Below, in pieces: positions 26,485-31,859 of a stretch of 31,859 nucleotides of DNA. This DNA is from Promethearchaeota archaeon (GTDB taxonomy: Archaea; Asgardarchaeota; Lokiarchaeia; Sigyniarchaeales; SOKP01), in the NCBI GenBank assembly GCA_016926735.1, contig JAFGOA010000108.1, positions 1 to 31,859 of the forward strand, read 5' to 3'. The translations under genes were made by a program, and so were the position numbers. Within the stretch, counting starts at the first letter, position 1. Each line of letters begins with the position of its first letter. The notes beneath the pieces are model-generated. The model was not told where the DNA came from. It saw only the letters and a list, made by a program, of their open reading frames with translations, and searched no databases.

Positions 26485-26922
26485 AGTCTTTGTTGAAATA
26501 ATTTCACTATGTTAATAAGTCTTTCTTATGTATAAATAAATAGTCTCTTTAATTTTAAATAGGATTTAAATTGAATTAATTCCTCCTAAATTGATATATA
26601 TGAATATAATGTAATCAAATATAGATTTCTTCTCATTTAAGAATTATGTTAAAATATGTCAAAATTTATAAATTAATATATAATCTTTGTTTTTTACTCT
26701 CTTTTATACAATCTATTTATTTTATGAAATAATCAAAAATAATTGATCTCCTTAATAATTATAAAATGCTATTTATATATTTTCATTCATAGTCAAGGAT
26801 ATAGGTATATTTAGTAAGATTGAATTTCTCAATTTATTAATTTATCATACAAAATAGAGAAAATAGTCTTATCTATTATCATAAGAGGATTTAAATATCC
26901 TAGTTAGCATTTTTTTATTGAA

Positions 26923-28134
26923 ATGAACGAACTTAAGCATTTCTTTGCCTATGAATTAGAGAACAATGGGGAAAAGAGAGAAATTGATCTTTCTGAGGAT
27001 AAATTAGCTAAGATTCTTAGGCCTGAGCAAGTTCTAGTGCTGGTTCGAGAGGATCTACGAAGAATTTTTATTTGGAAAGGGGCTAAATCTTCAGTAAAAA
27101 AAAGATTTATAAGTTTTTCAGCAGCTAGAATCTTACAAAAAGAATTAATGGAAGATCCTCATTTTCATATATGCAAAATAATATCTGTAGATCAAGGAGA
27201 TGAGGTTCAAGAATTCCTTGATGCCTTTAATATTGAGTCAATGGAAGTAATAGAAAGATTAGCTGACATGAAATATGTTCGCAACCGTGACAGAGGGGAT
27301 ATTTCAAAAGAGGAACTATTTCCAAAGGAAAGAGAACATAGAATTAATCAACACTTAGTATTAAAATTAATTAAAGGTAAAACAGAAATCTATATTGATG
27401 AGGAACCATTCCATCAATGTAAATATCTTCTTTTAAACCTAACTCAAAAAGATTTTACTAAGTTTGAATATATTGATTCGATTGATGAGGCTTTCGAGAT
27501 CTATAATAAAATGGAAAAAAATCATGAAAGAGAACATAATATAATTGATCCTGAATCTGAATTTATCGATCATTGTTCTAATCTCCAAGCATGGTATGAA
27601 TATGATTATGATCTCAGAATTCTTCATAGTAGTTTGTCTATCCCATTACTAAAAAAATTAGCGTTCTTGGGGGATAAAAAGGCCATTATTCGATTGAAAG
27701 AGAGTATTGCAACCAGAATTGCATCAAAACATTATAATTCCATTATATTTTATTTAAATGAAAAATATCTTGGGCTATTTTCAAATGAAGAATTAGAAGT
27801 AATATTTGAAGATTGGCTTGATAAAAAAGTGAATTTTGCCCCTATGGAAAAAAGAAGATTATGGTACCCTCTGCTTAAAGAATTGATTGAAAGAGGGATT
27901 TCAAAAGCTCGAGAAATTATCAAGAAAGATATTATTTTTTATCTTAAAGAAAATAATTTTGAAGCTTATCGATATTTATTACGAAAAGATTTTTCCCAAC
28001 TTCTTACATTAAAGGACCTTGAGGATGTTTATGATCTCATTCCAATAAAAGATAAAGTTGCTTTACGAAACGTTGAGCGTCTAATTCTAAATATTAACCT
28101 TAGAAAGAGAAGAGATACAAAAGAGAAACACTGA
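26923..28134 (+). CDS. gelsolin-like domain fused to an EFxxHCSN-type domain
   Basis: N-terminal LRPEQVLVLV...RIFIWKGAKSSVKKRF...ISVDQGDEVQEFLDAF matches the gelsolin repeat pattern (IFIWxGxxS, V.QGxE.xEF). Confidence 0.72.
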   Translation: MNELKHFFAYELENNGEKREIDLSEDKLAKILRPEQVLVLVREDLRRIFIWKGAKSSVKKRFISFSAARILQKELMEDPHFHICKIISVDQGDEVQEFLDAFNIESMEVIERLADMKYVRNRDRGDISKEELFPKEREHRINQHLVLKLIKGKTEIYIDEEPFHQCKYLLLNLTQKDFTKFEYIDSIDEAFEIYNKMEKNHEREHNIIDPESEFIDHCSNLQAWYEYDYDLRILHSSLSIPLLKKLAFLGDKKAIIRLKESIATRIASKHYNSIIFYLNEKYLGLFSNEELEVIFEDWLDKKVNFAPMEKRRLWYPLLKELIERGISKAREIIKKDIIFYLKENNFEAYRYLLRKDFSQLLTLKDLEDVYDLIPIKDKVALRNVERLILNINLRKRRDTKEKH

Positions 28135-28157
28135 AGGATATATAAATATGATTATTA

Positions 28158-28490
28158 TTATTTCAAATAATCTATTATCCTACCACTTTGAGTTATTTCA
28201 TAATAAATTTCATTATTTTCCTCAATCTCGTTAACACAAAAAGCCTTTATTAAATAATCTATGTTGTATTTAAAAGAAAATTCATCATTAATGATTTTCT
28301 CATTGATTAAAATTTCTAATAAAGTATTTTTTAAAATTTTTTTATTTTTTTTTATAATAAATAATATTTCTCTTCTTATCGGATTGCTTATCGCTTTTAA
28401 ATATAACTCATGTAAGTATTTTGTTCCTTCTATTGTTTTACTAAATTCATCTATTGATTTATAATTTTTAAAATCATATTCATCTGGCAT
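28158..28490 (-). CDS. winged-helix (ArsR-like) protein
   Basis: KAISNPIRREIL, FKYNIDYL and YEITQSG. Confidence 0.7.
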   Translation of the reverse strand: MPDEYDFKNYKSIDEFSKTIEGTKYLHELYLKAISNPIRREILFIIKKNKKILKNTLLEILINEKIINDEFSFKYNIDYLIKAFCVNEIEENNEIYYEITQSGRIIDYLK

Positions 28491-28762
28491 ACAAAAATAA
28501 AATTAATGACTAAAGAAAAATATCTTTATGAAATTTTAAATAAAATCAGAAATTAAACATCCATAGTGCATATATTTCGTTGAATCCCTATGTCTTCTAT
28601 ACTTAGGTATGTTTTAATGGAAATTATTTTTCTTTCAATCTCAAAGAACACATATTATCTTATCAAATTATTTAAGTTACTTTTTAAAAAAAAAGATATA
28701 ATAATTTGAATTACATTATTTTATCTATAACAATCTAAATCATAACAAAAAGACAAATCTAA

Positions 28763-29254
28763 ATGAATATTTACGAAGCGGGAATTATAATTGGAGGAAT
28801 TCCCATTATTGTTTCTAATTATATTAATCCAAATGAGGATGATATCGATCAAATTCAAAAAGGTGCTCTTCTTTCATGTATTTTAGATTTTGCTGATCTC
28901 TTTATCTCTCCAATTGAATATTTTGAAAGTGATAGATTTATTTTTATTTTCTATAAAGGAGATATAAAAACTATAGATATGGAAGATTCAGACTTGTATG
29001 TTTATCTTATTCTCTCTAAATACTATAAATTTCTCAAGGATCTTAAGAAAAAATATCTTCCAGTGCTAAAAATCTTATTAAATGAATTTATTAATAGATA
29101 CAATGGATTTAATTTTTCTTTTGCGTATTTATTTGTGGATTTTAGAAATGATATCGATAAATTGATAACATATTCGATGCAAACTCCAAGACGAAGAAAA
29201 AAATTACTGAAAAATTATCTTAAACTTAAAAATAAAAAATATACAGTTGTTTAA
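28763..29254 (+). CDS. longin/roadblock-like small protein
   Basis: Beta-beta-alpha-beta-beta-beta-alpha-alpha pattern: GIIIGGIPII, GALLSCILDFA, IEYFESDRFIFIF, LLNEFINRY, FVDFRNDIDK. Confidence 0.5.
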   Translation: MNIYEAGIIIGGIPIIVSNYINPNEDDIDQIQKGALLSCILDFADLFISPIEYFESDRFIFIFYKGDIKTIDMEDSDLYVYLILSKYYKFLKDLKKKYLPVLKILLNEFINRYNGFNFSFAYLFVDFRNDIDKLITYSMQTPRRRKKLLKNYLKLKNKKYTVV

Positions 29255-29293
29255 ATCCCTATTTTTGATAAAAAGATAATTATTCTGATTTTA

Positions 29294-30367
29294 CTAAGAT
29301 TTTTTATCGATTCTTGAAGGAAGATAACCAAAATGTTTTTCTATTAAAAAATGAGCATCTTTAAAATTAGTAAGATCTCCATACCAATTTTCCAAAATAT
29401 TCTGATAATTTTTTTGAAATTCAAATGCAAAATTATTTAGACATTTATTTAGAAATTTAGATGTTTTGTTCACAATTAAACCAAATATGAGATGTTCTGT
29501 TCCTGTAATCAAAAAAACACCTTTTTTATATGCAATATGATCTAATTCCCCTTGATTTATAAGTTCAATGCCCATTTTATTTATTATACTCATTAGTCCT
29601 CCAAGTAAATCATCACTAATATTAGATGATTCCCATATATGAGAATAAATATCTATTCCTGATTCTTTAAGAATTACTATTAACCGATATGTTTTAAAAG
29701 GTAAAATATAAAGGATTTTTGGTTCTTTAATTATAATATTAATTACAATTATCATTCCAGAAAAAGTAAAAAAAATAGATATTGGAATTAGAATAATCTG
29801 TTGCAAAAAGACGAAAACTGCCCCAGCTAAAAAAAATATAGCAGAGGTTATCAATCGCTTAGAATATTTTTCCAATTCTTTTGGAGAATGTAGTGACGTT
29901 TTAAATATCCAATATAGAATTGATACTACAAAAATAAACATTAATAGATAAAATAAAATTGAAAAGTACCCATTTTTTTTCAATGATGGAAAACCATAAC
30001 TATTAAAAATACCAACTGCATCTTCTTGAAAGGATGTTATAATCAACAAAGTCCCAATAATACTTATTGATGCTAGTTTTATCGCTGTATACCATTCTTG
30101 TAAAGTATAATCAATGAAAAACAGCATAAAAAAAACACTAAAAAACAACATATATGCTGTTGATATATATAGAACATTATCCATAAATAACACAGCCAGG
30201 CTATTATTAAAAAAATTTAATGTGAAGAATAAAATAGAGAGAGATAATAGAGATAATGCAACCTTCTTTTTTTTAAATGCTGTATAAATTAAAACTAGAA
30301 ATATCATGGCACATATAATTGAACATATAAGATATATATAGAATTCGACAGTAATGTTTAAACCCAT
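29294..30367 (-). CDS. ~7-TM membrane protein with C-terminal longin-like domain
   Basis: About seven hydrophobic segments in aa 1-215, then RLIVILKESGIDIYS...DLLGGLMSII...LNNFAFEFQKNY...WYGDLTNF. Confidence 0.65.
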   Translation of the reverse strand: MGLNITVEFYIYLICSIICAMIFLVLIYTAFKKKKVALSLLSLSILFFTLNFFNNSLAVLFMDNVLYISTAYMLFFSVFFMLFFIDYTLQEWYTAIKLASISIIGTLLIITSFQEDAVGIFNSYGFPSLKKNGYFSILFYLLMFIFVVSILYWIFKTSLHSPKELEKYSKRLITSAIFFLAGAVFVFLQQIILIPISIFFTFSGMIIVINIIIKEPKILYILPFKTYRLIVILKESGIDIYSHIWESSNISDDLLGGLMSIINKMGIELINQGELDHIAYKKGVFLITGTEHLIFGLIVNKTSKFLNKCLNNFAFEFQKNYQNILENWYGDLTNFKDAHFLIEKHFGYLPSRIDKKS

Positions 30368-30507
30368 AAAAGATAACTCAGCTAAAAAAAGTATTATTTA
30401 ATTTATAGAAAAAAAAAAGATTATATAAATATAGACTTTAGATTAATCTCATAAAAATGAAAAAAAATAACAATATTCTCTGGAAATAGGTAAAAAAAAA
30501 AGAAATT

Positions 30508-31218
30508 TTATTGTGATTTTGGAATAAATGGTATTATTAGAGCAGCAAGAGCTTTAATATCCCTATTCTGAGTATAAACCGTACCTGGACCTGTATATCT
30601 TATTACAAATCCTTCTCCTCCTAAGATAAAGCTTTTTCTTCCTCCAACTTTGCTAATTTTATGTTCCATATTTGCTGAATATGCCATCATAATACTTGTA
30701 TCTACTACAAACTCTTTTCCTGGTGCTATTTCATGTTTTTCGACCATACCATATCCTCCAAACCATACATCTCCCTCTGTTTCTTGTGCTGTAACAGTTG
30801 TCTGGAATAGGCCTTCTCCTCCAATCCATTGTCTGCCTGATGCTGTAGTTGAAACTGCTATACCTGTTGTACTACAAATATATCCGTCTCTACTAAGAAC
30901 CCATTGTTCTCCTTGTTTTAGATGTAGATGGACAATATCCCCTGGTACTCCATGTGAAAAAATAACAGTTCCTGGTTCAGTTCCTTCTGGTATTGAAAAA
31001 TAATTTTGGAACATTGATTCTCCACTTAATTTTCTTTTTAATCCTTTCATTATTCCTCCTGAGGATTTGGTTGTCATTTGAATATGACCATCCATATAAA
31101 TCATAGCACCCCCTTCAGCTACAATTTCATCTCCTGGTTTCTCAAGTGTAATAGCAACATGAGCAAAAGAGGGGTTTCCTTTAATTTCATATTTTAAAAT
31201 TGATTCTTCCTTCATCAT
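30508..31218 (-). CDS. AIM24 / TIGR00266 family protein
   Basis: IVAEGGAMIYM, LSGESMFQN, GGEGLF, FVVDT, GGEGFV and GPGTVYTQ. Confidence 0.9.
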   Translation of the reverse strand: MMKEESILKYEIKGNPSFAHVAITLEKPGDEIVAEGGAMIYMDGHIQMTTKSSGGIMKGLKRKLSGESMFQNYFSIPEGTEPGTVIFSHGVPGDIVHLHLKQGEQWVLSRDGYICSTTGIAVSTTASGRQWIGGEGLFQTTVTAQETEGDVWFGGYGMVEKHEIAPGKEFVVDTSIMMAYSANMEHKISKVGGRKSFILGGEGFVIRYTGPGTVYTQNRDIKALAALIIPFIPKSQ

Positions 31219-31362
31219 TTTTATTTTCCTTATTTTGGATATTTAAAATTTTAATAATAAATCTAATTGAATAATTAATAAAGGTTATGACAAAATTGAT
31301 TTGGGTTTATTATTTTCAGTATTTGTGAGTTGAGTTCGCAATATAAAGAAAAAAAAAGAAAA

Positions 31363-31734
31363 TTATTCTTTTGCTAATAACTTAGAGAGTTTACATTTAT
31401 TAAGTCTGGCTCTACCTTCTACATCATCAGTTAAATACATTTTTACAGTTATCAATAATCCACCTTGTCTTACTTTTTGAAGAATAAAATAGGTTTTTCC
31501 TGCTTCTATTTCCATGGGTAATTCATGTCCACCTTTTCTAAAGTTTGAAGCTATCATATAACTTCCTGGATCAACTACTGCATAAAGAAAATTCTTTCCT
31601 TTTGTCGAACCAATATATTTTCCATTAATAAACACTTGAAATTTCGCCGCTTTATTTTGGGACTTTGATCGTATAATATAAATCAATGCTTTTCCCTCGG
31701 GAGGGACCATATTTTTAAGATCTTGTTCACTCAA
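31363..31734 (-). CDS. DUF2846-like protein
   Basis: TTG start; PPEGKALIYIIR, VFINGKYIG, VDPGSY and EAGKTYFI. Confidence 0.75.
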   Translation of the reverse strand: MSEQDLKNMVPPEGKALIYIIRSKSQNKAAKFQVFINGKYIGSTKGKNFLYAVVDPGSYMIASNFRKGGHELPMEIEAGKTYFILQKVRQGGLLITVKMYLTDDVEGRARLNKCKLSKLLAKE

Positions 31735-31859
31735 ATTTTTAAATCACTTATTTTTATATTATTATGAAAAAGTAATTTGAATATATATGTTTTAACAAAC
31801 CAATATATAAACTTTTCAAAATATATTATATTGAATATTAAAAATGAACCTTGATCTTA

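Noticed and set aside
276-31003. Short antisense ORFs in the track (276-536, 2753-2935, 3637-3900, 3677-3874, 5448-5630, 5652-5837, 10891-11106, 11628-12119, 15158-15415, 15976-16164, 17520-17735, 17732-17950, 21608-21823, 27439-27627, 28261-28464, 30650-31003)
   Set aside because: All overlap well-supported genes on the opposite strand and show no motifs.

Overview
Very AT-rich archaeal DNA, most consistent with a Lokiarchaeia (Asgard) chromosome. Supporting signs are ribosomal eS30, NOG1, a Sec-type selD with a eukaryote-like 3' SECIS, and gelsolin-, longin-, MIT-, PCI-, HEAT-, TPR- and LRR-type domains; the taxonomy is inferred from gene content only. The left part is mostly housekeeping (asd, pyrE, nog1, an mfnF/mfnE-like pair, selD, a cinA-like gene, rps30e) and includes one IS200/IS605 tnpB element. 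The right part, after an intron-containing tRNA-Trp, looks accessory. The most striking observation is in the cinA/COG1058-like gene, which the ORF track shows as two fragments. It is interrupted exactly inside the GGLGPTxDD motif by a 29-nt insert that folds with its exon flanks into a near-canonical bulge-helix-bulge (BHB), i.e. a candidate tRNA-type intron in an Asgard mRNA. Its layout matches the 30-nt insert in the tRNA-Trp gene. Other hidden features are the UGA-Sec N-terminus of selD, a kinase gene with no standard start codon, a missed 45-aa zinc ribbon gene and two pairs of degenerate direct repeats.
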